Source of the DNA: Gammaproteobacteria bacterium
GTDB lineage: Bacteria; Pseudomonadota; Gammaproteobacteria; CBDBNL01; JAAOII01
DNA: 64,000 nt
Reading direction: 5' to 3'
Assembly (NCBI GenBank): GCA_965209035.1
Contig: OZ242372.1
Location: 1,632,001 to 1,696,000 of the forward strand
In this document: one piece after another, positions 47,167 through 58,052 of the stretch
How the letters are laid out: the number at the start of each line of letters is the position of its first letter
How positions within the stretch are numbered: position 1 is the first letter of the stretch
The notes under the pieces: model-generated
Databases searched by the model: none
What the model was told of the DNA's origin: nothing
Seen by the model: the letters and a program-made list of their open reading frames with translations, nothing else
Translations under genes and position numbers: made by a program

Positions 47167-50100
47167 TTAAGGCAAAATATCTCGCAAGCGACTTTTTATA
47201 TCCAGGGCTCTTTCGGAGAGTTCATCCGGCGACAGTCCCCCGCCGCTCAGATCTCCTATGCGCACCAACTTAACTTCCGGATTTGTAATATTCCCGGTGA
47301 CGCGATAATTGGCACTGCTAAACTGGTTGATAAAATCGTTGCCCCCGGAAAACTGCAAGGATAAGAGCAGGGGCAACGCGCTGGAAGCCCCGAGAAGGAG
47401 GGCGGAGATCGGCAGTGTTTGCGCGATGGAAGGTGTGATTACCGCCAAGTAGTCCACCTCCTTGCTTTTGATGACATAGGAACCTTCCATTCTCATATCA
47501 CCGAAACTAAAACGCGCATACCATTCCGGGTCTGTGTTGATGGTGCCATTTGCAAGTCCGAGGCGAATAATCAGATCTTTAAAACGGATATTTTCGGCGG
47601 ACAGGTCGCGAAAGTCTCCCCTAAAACGGTCGGCAAGGTTCCCGATATTGAGCAAACTGAGCATATTATTGATCAAGCGAGAGCGGGTGCCTTTAAATTC
47701 GCCCTCATCGATCTCAAGAAAGATATTCCCTTTGGCTGTCTGTGACCATCGGGAGAAGTGTCGGTTCGGTCCTTCCCAAACCAGGTTCGCGGAAAGGGAC
47801 AGTTGTTTCGCACCGATCACCCCGAGAGCATCAGTGGAGAGATCCCCCTCAATTTTTAGAATTGCTTCCAAAAGACTTTCGGTTTCCGTTGTGATTTGCC
47901 AGTTCATCTTAACATCCGCCGGCAAGGTTAGCAAGTCACCACTGTCCGAAACGGCCGTCATTTTATCCGGAGCAAAGGATACATTTAAGACAAGAGCCCC
48001 AATCTTTTTTCCATCCAGAAGGATGCTGTTCATAGTGATCCGTGTCTCCGGCATTCCCTCAAAGGAAACTCTGTCAGGCAAGGAGACGGAAGATCCGCCG
48101 TTATTCAAACTCGTCCCGTTAATATGAAGTTCGTCTGTCGCGACGAAGAGATATCCGTCTTTGAAGGTGACGGTTCCTCGGCTGCCGCCCGCTTCAAAAG
48201 TAAAAACATCTTTCATTGTTTGTCGCAAATTCAGATTGCGATAAACCCCGTTACCGATTATTACCGAATGTGCGCGCAGATCCAAGTAAGAATAGTCCGC
48301 ATACAGACCGCGCACAAAATTTAAACTATCCGCGGGATACAGAGTTTGTTGTTCCGGCCAGGGTAAGAATTTTTGCCATTTGGTCAAGTTAACCGGTGCG
48401 CGAATATCGGCAGTCAGCCCCAAGGGAACGGATCGCAATTCTTTGGGTAACTCGGGCCCATTTTTAGCCGCCGGACGACGCAGACTGACCGAGGCGATAT
48501 TTTTTGCGGTTAGACTCGTTATTTCTGTGTTTGCTGCGCGCAATATTTCCAAATGTGTCGGTATGCGCTCTTTCTCGGTTTTTGCGAGAGGGGCGGGCAG
48601 ATCAATTGCGATTCCTTTAAAATCTGTTCCAACTCCCAATCTGTTGAACCGCCAGCTGCCTTTTGCCGCCGTATGTGCGTCAATCGTTACCGCCGTTTTT
48701 CCGTGAAACAAATTCGTCAATTGAGCGGGCACAAAATTTTCCGGATTAAAGGCGGTATTCAACCGCAAGAAATTTTTGTTTTTACCGGTCACAAAAGATC
48801 CGGTAAGGGGAGAACCATCGTATTCCCCGTGCAGAGAACCAACGAAACCGCCCGATTGGGAAAAACCCAGAGTCCCGTTAAGGTTTTCGACGGCGGTCTT
48901 AATCTCCGGATGATAAAGACTTTGAATATCAAATGTTGTATTAAGGGCGAGCCCTTTGAGTTGCCGATCTCGGATATTATAATCAAATCCCCATTCACCG
49001 GTTATATCGCCTTCGGCTTTTAGCGGGTGCCCCCTTGCGCCGTCCGGCGACTTAAAAATGTGTTGATTCATCATACTCGCCAAGAAGTTTCCTTGCAGAT
49101 CTCCCATCCCCAGGATACTCAGAACGGCTGTATTGGTATTCATTTTTGTCCGGGCAAAGTCTGCCCGTATTTCTTTTTCGGCGGTTACGCCTTGTTGCTG
49201 AATAATGTCCAGATATTGCCGGTCCATAAACAGGATTGTTTCATTCGCGCGCAGATCGGCAAAATTGTTATCATACCGAAAAAGTATGTTATCCGCGTTT
49301 AGTCCCAATTCAAATATGTTTTGCGAACTTTCCGGCACCCGAACATCCGTTTTTAATAGAAAGCCGGCTTGGCGAACCGTACCATTTACCAGGGCATCAC
49401 CCAGCCAGGCGCGCGTGTTCGGATTGATAAGCAGCCAAGGGATATAGGATTTTGTTTGTGGCATGGATGCGTTTTCAACACCGACCGCAAGTTCCAAATA
49501 ACCGTGTTTGCCAAACACGGACTCCAATTTCAGTTCCACCGAAGCCCGCTGTTGTTTGTTACGGACATCTTTGAAACTGCCCGCCAACAAGAGAAGGTTC
49601 GGTGGCAACCACTCCCAAGCCAAATGCCCGTCAATGCGGCTAAATACAAGAGGCTCGGGATATATGCCGGAAATAAAAATTCCGCTGTCTTGGGCGTCCA
49701 TAGCAAGGGTGCCGCTGTTGCCCGAGATGCTTAAATAGCCGCTGATCCCAAAGCCGCCGGGCGAAGGTTTGAGCGGACGGACGGATACATTGTCCAACCA
49801 ACCTCGGATCTGCAGGCGTTGATGGGCGGGAGCATCCGAGTCAAAACGGATTTCCACATCCGAAAGATATCCGTGCGGTTCCAGAGCGGTCAGATTGCCT
49901 TTTTGTTGCGGGTTTGAAAGAAAATTATTTGCCATGTCTGACAATTGTTCCAGGTTCGCGCGTTTTGTCTTCATTAAATACATAGGCCCTTCTTTTTTGA
50001 TTTGCGTGGCGGGCATTGTATGTGCGTGTTTTCCCGACGAGTATTGCAGATCATTAAGCCACAGATCCCAATTCTTTGTCGGCAGATGATAATCCCAGCG

Positions 50101-50955
50101 ACTTTGAAAGGTTAGGTTGGTTATTTCGGTATCATCTTGAAGCAAGAGTTGCCGAATATGGATATCCGTAAAAATTTGTATTTTTTTATTTTGCGAATTC
50201 TCCGTTATCCAAAGTTTTCCCGTTCCCGTAAAACCGGTAATAGTATCCGCATGGCGTGCCGTCTCGTCCGGCAAGTTTAACTCTTGAATCATATGCTGCC
50301 AGCCCGGCCGAAACTCTACTGTTTCAATATCCGCCAAGATGCCTTTGCCGGGAGACAGGTCAATGTGAACTTTTGCGGTCATCCGATCTTGCCAGTATGC
50401 GGTTGCAAAGGTGTGCAATCGTATATTCCCGGAATTCACGGAAAACGCCCCGTCCTTAACCCAAAAGACTATTCCGCCGGTCTCTTCGGTTACAAAAGAC
50501 AGATCCCGGAAATACCCGGCAAGGTTTAGGTTTGCCGGTAAGGTAATCCCGTTGTTTGTATTTTGATTGGATTTGCCGGTAACCCTGCCGCCGATAATTT
50601 CAAACTGTGTTGTCGGGGTTCCAAACAGATGGCCCAACGGGTTATACATGACCCGGATATTATCCGCTCGCAAAAAAACACTGTTTTCCGGGTTTTTCCA
50701 GTGCACTTCGTGCAAACCGACAAAGGGGCCGAAATAAGACCAACCCATGTCCGCGTAAGTTGCCCGAAGTTCTGTCCGAATATTGGTTGCCAAAGACCGC
50801 ATGAGCAAGTTTTGATAGTAAGGAGAATCCGAAAGCACGGAAGAGGCGATTTGAAATAATAAGATGACACACACGATGAAAACCGCAAGTGTGTATAACA
50901 ATACTTCCGTCCCCTTGGTAAGGAAGAGCGTCAATCGCTCCGTTCGCTTGCCCAC
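47167..50955 (-). CDS. yhdP: AsmA-like YhdP family protein
   Basis: 1262 aa with an N-terminal TM, beta-rich body and C-terminal YRVTGNITNPEV, downstream of mreD. Confidence 0.8.
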   Translation of the reverse strand: MGKRTERLTLFLTKGTEVLLYTLAVFIVCVILLFQIASSVLSDSPYYQNLLMRSLATNIRTELRATYADMGWSYFGPFVGLHEVHWKNPENSVFLRADNIRVMYNPLGHLFGTPTTQFEIIGGRVTGKSNQNTNNGITLPANLNLAGYFRDLSFVTEETGGIVFWVKDGAFSVNSGNIRLHTFATAYWQDRMTAKVHIDLSPGKGILADIETVEFRPGWQHMIQELNLPDETARHADTITGFTGTGKLWITENSQNKKIQIFTDIHIRQLLLQDDTEITNLTFQSRWDYHLPTKNWDLWLNDLQYSSGKHAHTMPATQIKKEGPMYLMKTKRANLEQLSDMANNFLSNPQQKGNLTALEPHGYLSDVEIRFDSDAPAHQRLQIRGWLDNVSVRPLKPSPGGFGISGYLSISGNSGTLAMDAQDSGIFISGIYPEPLVFSRIDGHLAWEWLPPNLLLLAGSFKDVRNKQQRASVELKLESVFGKHGYLELAVGVENASMPQTKSYIPWLLINPNTRAWLGDALVNGTVRQAGFLLKTDVRVPESSQNIFELGLNADNILFRYDNNFADLRANETILFMDRQYLDIIQQQGVTAEKEIRADFARTKMNTNTAVLSILGMGDLQGNFLASMMNQHIFKSPDGARGHPLKAEGDITGEWGFDYNIRDRQLKGLALNTTFDIQSLYHPEIKTAVENLNGTLGFSQSGGFVGSLHGEYDGSPLTGSFVTGKNKNFLRLNTAFNPENFVPAQLTNLFHGKTAVTIDAHTAAKGSWRFNRLGVGTDFKGIAIDLPAPLAKTEKERIPTHLEILRAANTEITSLTAKNIASVSLRRPAAKNGPELPKELRSVPLGLTADIRAPVNLTKWQKFLPWPEQQTLYPADSLNFVRGLYADYSYLDLRAHSVIIGNGVYRNLNLRQTMKDVFTFEAGGSRGTVTFKDGYLFVATDELHINGTSLNNGGSSVSLPDRVSFEGMPETRITMNSILLDGKKIGALVLNVSFAPDKMTAVSDSGDLLTLPADVKMNWQITTETESLLEAILKIEGDLSTDALGVIGAKQLSLSANLVWEGPNRHFSRWSQTAKGNIFLEIDEGEFKGTRSRLINNMLSLLNIGNLADRFRGDFRDLSAENIRFKDLIIRLGLANGTINTDPEWYARFSFGDMRMEGSYVIKSKEVDYLAVITPSIAQTLPISALLLGASSALPLLLSLQFSGGNDFINQFSSANYRVTGNITNPEVKLVRIGDLSGGGLSPDELSERALDIKSRLRDILP

Positions 50956-51004
50956 TTTATTTACGGATATTTATGTGTGTCTGTGTATTGGCTGCTCGTT
51001 TTGC

Positions 51005-51478
51005 TTAGACTTGTAATTTTTCCATTCGGGCGGTCAGAACGAACCATATCAGTGTTCCGCTCAGAGCACCGCCAAGAGCCGCGGGTAACCAGATATGCCA
51101 CAAGGTAAAATTAGTTGCCGTAAAAGCGGAGATGCCTCTGTACAAAAACAGGACGGTTGCAATCAGCATCAGTTTTCCCGGAAGTCGCATTTTAGTTAAA
51201 CCGTCAAACGAAAAATGAATTAAGAATACTGAGAAGACAAACATCAGAGCGTTCTTACCGAGAGGGTCGCCGGACCATACATCCGTCAATAGCCCCCAGA
51301 TCCAAGCCAGTCCCACATTGAAAAAACTCGGGTAATAGATCGTAAAGAAGAGTAAGAACACTAAAATCCACGGCGGGGCAAGCCATTGCCAGGTCCCCCA
51401 TGCGGGGTTGATCGCATTCAATAACATTGCGGCGATCATACAAAGAAAGGTGTATATTCCAACCGACCATCGGTTCAT
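51005..51478 (-). CDS. mreD: Rod shape-determining protein MreD
   Basis: Hydrophobic protein with AWIWGLLTDV...LGKNAL, plus synteny. Confidence 0.92.
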   Translation of the reverse strand: MNRWSVGIYTFLCMIAAMLLNAINPAWGTWQWLAPPWILVFLLFFTIYYPSFFNVGLAWIWGLLTDVWSGDPLGKNALMFVFSVFLIHFSFDGLTKMRLPGKLMLIATVLFLYRGISAFTATNFTLWHIWLPAALGGALSGTLIWFVLTARMEKLQV

Positions 51479-52329
51479 TGTTCTTGTTCTTCCCCCCCGG
51501 TATGGTCCTGTTTGTAAATCAGAACAAAAGAAAGTATATGGGGTCTGATCATCGGGCGGGCCCGCACTTCAAAAAAAGATCTGTCCGCCCGTTGGCGGAC
51601 TTTTAATATCTTCGCAACCGGCCATCCGGCGGGAAATCTCCTCCCCAGACCCGATGTTACCAACAGGTCCCCCGTTGCGGCATCTATGTGACTGCTAACA
51701 TCTTTTGAATAAAGAGATTGCAGGTTACCTTCGCCGTTGAGAATGAACCTGTTCCTGTTGCGCCGCACCATTACGGGTGTGGCATGGCGTGTGTCGGTAA
51801 TGAGCAGCACGCGAGATGTGACAAGTCCGACCGAAATGATTTGTCCCGCCAGCCCGTCTTTGGCGAGCACCGGCATGCCGACACGAATACCGTGCAAGTT
51901 TCCTTTATCCAATATCATTTGTTGATTATTTATGGTCAGTTCTTCGCCAATGATTCTGGCGGCAGTGTAGTTCTTTGAATTTGAGGCGAAGGAAAGTATA
52001 TTCCGCAATCGGCGTTCTTCTTCAATGAATCTTTGAGTATGCCACAACTCTTGTTGTAAAAACAGAACCTGTTCTTTTAGTTGGTTCAGTTGGTTGTTTT
52101 GGTTGTCGGTAAAAATGAAACTTTCTTTGATTCTTTGATGCTGCCGGACACCGAAATCCAACGCCAAGTAAACGGGAGACAGAATATAGTTAAGTGATTG
52201 GCGTATGATTTTTGTTTGTTCCAATCGGTCTTCAAACAGAAGCAGTAAAACGGACAAAAATGTAAAAAATAAAGTCCGATAAAGGATGTTTACATTTCTT
52301 CGACTACCGAAGGAGTTGGTGGCTATCAA
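51475..52329 (-). CDS. mreC: Rod shape-determining protein MreC
   Basis: TM and coiled coil, [20 protein letters not shown]-x-x-FPAG. Confidence 0.95.
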   Translation of the reverse strand: MIATNSFGSRRNVNILYRTLFFTFLSVLLLLFEDRLEQTKIIRQSLNYILSPVYLALDFGVRQHQRIKESFIFTDNQNNQLNQLKEQVLFLQQELWHTQRFIEEERRLRNILSFASNSKNYTAARIIGEELTINNQQMILDKGNLHGIRVGMPVLAKDGLAGQIISVGLVTSRVLLITDTRHATPVMVRRNRNRFILNGEGNLQSLYSKDVSSHIDAATGDLLVTSGLGRRFPAGWPVAKILKVRQRADRSFFEVRARPMIRPHILSFVLIYKQDHTGGEEQEQ

Positions 52330-53375
52330 TTATCGGCGGAGAAGAGCAATTCAAAACTTTCTTTTTTGTTGATCAGATTAAGAGCCAGGCCGCCGCCGCG
52401 GACCACACAAGTTAAGGGGTCTTCCGCCACGATGACCGGAATGCCGAGTTCCTCGGCAAAAAGTTTGTCAATGTTACGCAAAAGTGCGCCGCCGCCGGTA
52501 AGCACCATGCCTTTTTCCGCAACATCGGAAGCCAGTTCCGGCGGGACATTTTCCAATGTCAGTTTGGCTTCCTCCACCATGCTGGACAGAGGTTCGTTAA
52601 GGGCTTCAAATACTTGTTGACTGTTCAAGGTGATATTGCGCGGAACGCCTTCCGCGAGAATGCGTCCGCGAATTTGTATTTCCATGGTTTCCTTCGGGTT
52701 GGGATAGGCGGTACCCACCTCAAACTTGATTTTTTCCGCGGTGACCTCGCCGATTAGGCAACCGTATTTTCGCTTAACATAAGAAATGATGTGTTCGTCA
52801 AACTTGTCTCCGCCCACTCGGATAGAATTGGAAAAAACCGCCCCGCCCAGCGACAAAACCGCTATTTCGGTAGTGCCACCGCCGATATCCATGACCATGG
52901 AACCGGTGGCATCTTCAATGGGCAGTCCCGCGCCTATGGCGGCCGCCAGAGGTTCTTCCACCAGAAATACCTCGCGCGCACCGGCACCATACACGGACTC
53001 CTTAATTGCCCGTCTTTCCACCTGGGTTGCCTTGCAAGGCACACAAATTAAAACACGCGGGCTGGGCTTGATAAAATTGTTTTTATGTACCTTGCCAATA
53101 AAATACTGCAGCATTTTTTCGGTCACATGAAAATCCGCAATCACACCGTCTCGTAACGGACGGATGGCTTTGATATTTTCCGGGGTGCGTCCCAGCATTT
53201 TTTTGGCTTCCTTGCCAACCGCCACGACGGTTCGATGATTTCCGTTTTCGCGTATGGCTACAACGGACGGCTCGTCCAGAACAATGCCGTGATCGCTGAT
53301 GTAAATAAGAGTGTTGGCGGTTCCAAGATCTACCGAAAGATCGCTGGAAAACATGCCTCTAAATTGTTTTAGCAT
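52326..53375 (-). CDS. mreB: Rod shape-determining protein MreB
   Basis: [15 protein letters not shown] and LTGGGALL. Confidence 0.99.
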   Translation of the reverse strand: MLKQFRGMFSSDLSVDLGTANTLIYISDHGIVLDEPSVVAIRENGNHRTVVAVGKEAKKMLGRTPENIKAIRPLRDGVIADFHVTEKMLQYFIGKVHKNNFIKPSPRVLICVPCKATQVERRAIKESVYGAGAREVFLVEEPLAAAIGAGLPIEDATGSMVMDIGGGTTEIAVLSLGGAVFSNSIRVGGDKFDEHIISYVKRKYGCLIGEVTAEKIKFEVGTAYPNPKETMEIQIRGRILAEGVPRNITLNSQQVFEALNEPLSSMVEEAKLTLENVPPELASDVAEKGMVLTGGGALLRNIDKLFAEELGIPVIVAEDPLTCVVRGGGLALNLINKKESFELLFSADN

Positions 53376-53601
53376 TATTAATGATGGGTGTTCCGATAAT
53401 GTTATTTTATAATGATTACTTACTATTTTATATTAAAACCCGCCGTCAATTTGCCCTTACCCCCGGATGATTATGCAATAAGGCAAAAATTGGCGGGGAG
53501 GAGAGAATCGCATAGGAGGAATACGAATAGGATGAATAGAAGCGACCCCGGTTTTTGGTGCCCCGCCGGACCTTTTTAATCCCCGACGAACGGACAAACG
53601 A

Positions 53602-54723
53602 ATGACAGAACTTTTTCAACTATCCGGAACGGACGGCAAGGCTCGTTTTGGCTTGCTGCATCTCCCGCACGGTCGGGTGGAAACTCCCGTATTTATGCCG
53701 GTGGCTACAGCCGCGGCACTTAAGGGGGTCTTTCCGCGCGATGCCGCTTGCAGTGGCGTTTCCATACTTCTTGCAAATACCTTTCATCTTATGCTGCGTC
53801 CCGGAACCGATTTGGTTAAATCTTTTGGCGGACTGCATGGTTTCATGAGCTGGCAAAAACCCATTTTGACCGATTCCGGCGGCTACCAGGTCTTTAGCCT
53901 GAAGGAACTCCGGACGCTTACCGAAAGCGGGGTAACCTTCCGCTCTCCTTTGGACGGTTCTTCCTTGTTCTTGTCACCGGAAATTGCCACACAGGCCCAG
54001 TTGGATTTGGGCGCCGATATTGTGATGTGTCTTGACGAGTGCACACCTTATCCGGCGACCCAAGATCAGGCTGCAACTTCCATGCGCCTTTCATTGAGAT
54101 GGGCAAAGAGTTGTCGCGCCGTTTGGCAAAAAGAGACGCCCGAAGCACTCGGCGGTCGCGCCCTGTTTGGCATAGTGCAAGGAGGCATGTATTTAAGCTT
54201 GCGCCGTATTTGTTTGGAAAAGCTAACCGAGATCGGCTTTGAGGGTTATGCTCTCGGCGGGTTGTCTGTCGGCGAACCTGCCGAAGACAGGTTGCGAGTT
54301 CTTGAAGGCATCGTGCCTGACATGCCGGTTGAAAAACCGCGATATCTGATGGGAGTCGGCACCCCCTCGGATATTGTTGAAGCGGTTTGTCGGGGGATAG
54401 ATATGTTTGATTGTGTGTTGCCGACACGTAATGCCCGTAACGGGCAACTGTTTACCGCACGCGGGAAATTAAACTTACGCAATGCCGCTTTTAAAGGTCA
54501 AAATCTGCCGCCGGATGAAGATTGTGCGTGTTATTGCTGTCGCAATTTTAGCCTGGGCTACTTGCATCATCTTTTTCGTTGCAAGGAGATGCTCGGTCCC
54601 CAACTGGCGAGCCTGCATAATATTTTTTATTACCGGAATCTGTTGTTTTGCTTGCGCGCGGCAATAAAAAATGGTAAATTAAATATGTTTGTAAAAGATT
54701 TTTATAATAATCTATTACAATAA
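53602..54723 (+). CDS. tgt: tRNA-guanine transglycosylase
   Basis: TPVFMPV, LTDSGGYQV, GIVQGG, DMFDCVLPTR and Zn-binding CACYCC...H. Confidence 0.98.
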   Translation: MTELFQLSGTDGKARFGLLHLPHGRVETPVFMPVATAAALKGVFPRDAACSGVSILLANTFHLMLRPGTDLVKSFGGLHGFMSWQKPILTDSGGYQVFSLKELRTLTESGVTFRSPLDGSSLFLSPEIATQAQLDLGADIVMCLDECTPYPATQDQAATSMRLSLRWAKSCRAVWQKETPEALGGRALFGIVQGGMYLSLRRICLEKLTEIGFEGYALGGLSVGEPAEDRLRVLEGIVPDMPVEKPRYLMGVGTPSDIVEAVCRGIDMFDCVLPTRNARNGQLFTARGKLNLRNAAFKGQNLPPDEDCACYCCRNFSLGYLHHLFRCKEMLGPQLASLHNIFYYRNLLFCLRAAIKNGKLNMFVKDFYNNLLQ

Positions 54724-54776
54724 TAAAACACATAAATTATATTAAGTATTAACAACAATTAAAATTCAAAAATTCA

Positions 54777-55109
54777 ATGTTAGAAATCTTTATCGCAAAA
54801 GCGCACGCCCAAGAGGCGGCAACCCCCTTGGGATCTTTTGAGCCCTTTATACTACTTTTTGTCTTTGCCGCCGTATTTTATTTCTTTTTGTGGAGACCGC
54901 AATCCAAGAAAAACAAAGCACATAAAGAATTGATGGGCTCTTTGAAGCCCGGCGACGAGGTGGTGACAGCCGGCGGTATCGCGGGTACCATTCGCAAAAT
55001 AGGAGACAATAACTATATAGTTTTGGAAATAGACAATAATACGACCTTAAGAGTTCAAAAACGCTCCATCGCTCAATCCTTACCCAAAGGAACTATTAAA
55101 GGTATTTAG
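54777..55109 (+). CDS. yajC: Preprotein translocase subunit YajC
   Basis: FYFFLWRPQ and GDEVVTAGG, plus synteny. Confidence 0.97.
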   Translation: MLEIFIAKAHAQEAATPLGSFEPFILLFVFAAVFYFFLWRPQSKKNKAHKELMGSLKPGDEVVTAGGIAGTIRKIGDNNYIVLEIDNNTTLRVQKRSIAQSLPKGTIKGI

Positions 55110-55161
55110 TAAAGGTATTTAGTAAAAATACTTAGTAAAAATACTTAGTCAAATATTTAAT
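55098..55161. repeat. 13-bp tandem repeat starting at the yajC stop
   Basis: AAAGGTATTTAGT x2, AAAAATACTTAGT x2, then a degenerate fifth unit. Confidence 0.9.
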
Positions 55162-55175
55162 CGGAATTAAATAGG

Positions 55176-57119
55176 ATGTTGCTTAGATATATATTCGGCG
55201 ACAGTCTGGGACCGAGACGCCATAAAACCAAAGGGAGAGCACATTTTCTTTGGGCGGCCGTTCCCTTTACGCTTTTGTTGGTATGGGCGCTCGTTTTTTC
55301 AGCCCCGTCCTTTTATCCGGAACTTTATGCCATACAGGTATCTCCCGCCAATCCGTCCGATGAAATTGCTTCCAACGAACTGGTGCTTGATATGCAAGAT
55401 TACTTGGCGGCAAACAACATTACATATCAATATGTCGGTCTGCAGAGAAAAACGGGAGGCACCCGGGTACTGGAACTGCGTTTTGACAGTTCTCGCGAAC
55501 TGCAACAGGTGCGCCCCTATGTGGAAGACCAACTGGGAACGGAAGATTATATTTATGCCTATAACACTGTGCGTGTTGCGCCGCGTTGGCTGCGGAATCT
55601 GGGCGCGCGTCCGATTAACTTGGGCTTGGATTTGCGCGGCGGTGTTTACTTTCTGATGCAAGTGGATACCCGACAGGCGGTGGAACAGCGTATAGAAGTC
55701 TATACCAATCAGTTGGAGACCTTTTTTCGCCAAAGCGATCGGCGTTACTTGCATCAAACATCCGACAAAGAAATATTTATCGGCGAAGATTCTTACCCCG
55801 CGACAGAGTTTGTTTTTGCCGACGCAGAAAAAGGACTGAGTGCGCGCGATGCCGTGTTGGATGAGTTTCCGGAATTGAAGTCCGTGACAGAAGAACAGGG
55901 CGGGCTTTTTCAAGTGCGTTTTTATTTCCCGGAAGAATACATTCGCCAGTTGGAAGACTTTGCCATAGATCAAAATATTGCCACGCTGCGCGAGCGCATC
56001 AACGAGCTCGGGGTGTCCGCGCCTTCCGTTAACAGGCAAGGAAGAAATCGCGTCGCCGTTCAGATTCCCGGTTTGCAAGACACGGCCGCCGCCAAGCGGA
56101 TCATTGGCTCCACCGCTAATCTGGAGTTTCGTTTGGAAACACTTGCCGGTGGCAACAGACTGGGACGGCGTTTTTCGTTTCGTAGTAACCCGAATGAAAA
56201 GGCCTATTTGGAACCCAATTCTATTGTGACAGGCGCCAATGTCATCAATGCCCTGGTGCAATTTGATGAGAACAACTTTCCCCAAGTGGCAATTACTTTG
56301 GACGGCAAAGGCGGTCGGTCGATGAATCGCGCCACCCGAAGTGCTGTCGGTCGTAATATGGGAGTCCTTCTGGTTAATACCAAGGTCGAAGATATTCTTG
56401 AGGATGAGAAGGGCGAACTAAAGTTTGTGACGAGAACCGAAAAAGAAATTATCAGTTTGGCGACCATTCGCGATGTGCTGGGCAGCCGGTTTGTGATTAC
56501 CGGCCTCGACGGTCCGGGAGAGGCGTCCGAACTGGCTCTTTTGCTTCGCTCGGGGGCCCTTGCGGCGCCGATTTACTTTGTGGAAGAGCGCACCATAGGT
56601 CCCAGTCTCGGTCAAGACAATATTCGCAAAGGGAGTTTGTCCTTGCTTGGCGGCGCGCTTGCGGTGATTCTTTTTATTCTTTTTTATTACAAACTTTGCG
56701 GTCTGCTTGCCAATATTGCGCTTGTTTTCAATATGACCCTCATCCTTGCGATCATGACGCAATTGAATGCGGTTCTTACCATGCCGGGAATTGCCGGCAT
56801 CGTCCTTACCGTCGGCATGGCGGTGGATGCAAACATTCTCATTTTCTCTCGCATCAAGGAAGAATTAAAACGCAATCCGAATCCGACGGCGGCCATCACT
56901 GCCGGCTATGATCGTGCTCTTATTACCGTGTTGGATGCCAACATTACCACCCTGTTGGTGGGCATCATACTTTTTGCCATAGGGACCGGGGCGGTCAAGG
57001 GGTTTGCGGTGACGCTTTCTATCGGAATATTAACTTCGTTATTCACAAGTGTGGTATTTACCCGTAAACTAATGGAATGGATTTATGCACCCGGCAGGCT
57101 GAAAAAAATATATATTTAA
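55176..57119 (+). CDS. secD: Protein translocase subunit SecD
   Basis: LGLDLRGGV, IGPSLG, GMAVDAN and DANITT. Confidence 0.98.
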   Translation: MLLRYIFGDSLGPRRHKTKGRAHFLWAAVPFTLLLVWALVFSAPSFYPELYAIQVSPANPSDEIASNELVLDMQDYLAANNITYQYVGLQRKTGGTRVLELRFDSSRELQQVRPYVEDQLGTEDYIYAYNTVRVAPRWLRNLGARPINLGLDLRGGVYFLMQVDTRQAVEQRIEVYTNQLETFFRQSDRRYLHQTSDKEIFIGEDSYPATEFVFADAEKGLSARDAVLDEFPELKSVTEEQGGLFQVRFYFPEEYIRQLEDFAIDQNIATLRERINELGVSAPSVNRQGRNRVAVQIPGLQDTAAAKRIIGSTANLEFRLETLAGGNRLGRRFSFRSNPNEKAYLEPNSIVTGANVINALVQFDENNFPQVAITLDGKGGRSMNRATRSAVGRNMGVLLVNTKVEDILEDEKGELKFVTRTEKEIISLATIRDVLGSRFVITGLDGPGEASELALLLRSGALAAPIYFVEERTIGPSLGQDNIRKGSLSLLGGALAVILFILFYYKLCGLLANIALVFNMTLILAIMTQLNAVLTMPGIAGIVLTVGMAVDANILIFSRIKEELKRNPNPTAAITAGYDRALITVLDANITTLLVGIILFAIGTGAVKGFAVTLSIGILTSLFTSVVFTRKLMEWIYAPGRLKKIYI

Positions 57120-57131
57120 GAACCAAATAAT

Positions 57132-58052
57132 ATGATCGCCAAACTACAACAACAATTTGAAAATTTTAGTTTTATGCGTTACGGCAAGCTGATGCTGGTC
57201 GTTTCGTGTGTCATGCTGGTTATTTCCTTGTTTTCCTTCGGGGTGCGGGGCGTTAACCTTGGTTTGGATTTTACGGGGGGAACAGTTGTTGAAGTTGAGT
57301 ATGACGAAAGTGTGTCCCTGGGCACTATTCGGTCGTCCTTGGCGGCGGGCGGATTCTCGAATGTCTTGGTGCAACACTTTGGCAATGACCGCACAGTTTT
57401 GGTAAGTGTCAAAGAGAAGGAGGTGGCGGGAGTTGGCCAACAGATTTTTGAAAGGATGAGACAAACCCGCCCGGACGCCGTTCTCAGACGCAGCGAGTTT
57501 ATTGGCGCTCAGGTGGGTGCCGAACTTCAAGAAAAAGGAGGCCTGGCGATGTTGTTGGCTCTGGGCATCATTTTGATTTACATTGCGTTTAGATTTCAGT
57601 TAAAGTTTGCTTGCAGTGCCATTTTGGCTTTGGTGCATGATGTTCTCATCGTTCTTGGTCTTTTTTCTATCCTTGGTATGGAATTTGATCTGAGTGTTCT
57701 GGCGGCGCTTCTTGCGGTCATCGGTTATTCGCTCAACGATACTCTGGTGGTTTCGGATCGGATCAGAGAAAATTTTAGCGCGGTTTATCTGGAGGATGTG
57801 ACTCAGATTATGGATATTTCCTTGCGTCAGGTATTTGGACGAACGATTATCACTTCGTTCACGACGCTGTTGGTTTTGCTGTCTCTGTGTTTTTTTGGCG
57901 GCGAAGGGATTCGTAACTTTGCCATTGCTCTGACGGTCGGGGTCTTGGTCGGCACCTATTCGTCTATTTACATTTGTGCCAGTTCGCTTTTATTGCTGAA
58001 GATTAAGCGAGATGACTTCGTCTCCGAGAAAAAGAAAACCGTAGGCATATGA
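57132..58052 (+). CDS. secF: Protein translocase subunit SecF
   Basis: GLDFTGG, GYSLNDT, DRIRE and GTYSSI. Confidence 0.98.
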   Translation: MIAKLQQQFENFSFMRYGKLMLVVSCVMLVISLFSFGVRGVNLGLDFTGGTVVEVEYDESVSLGTIRSSLAAGGFSNVLVQHFGNDRTVLVSVKEKEVAGVGQQIFERMRQTRPDAVLRRSEFIGAQVGAELQEKGGLAMLLALGIILIYIAFRFQLKFACSAILALVHDVLIVLGLFSILGMEFDLSVLAALLAVIGYSLNDTLVVSDRIRENFSAVYLEDVTQIMDISLRQVFGRTIITSFTTLLVLLSLCFFGGEGIRNFAIALTVGVLVGTYSSIYICASSLLLLKIKRDDFVSEKKKTVGI

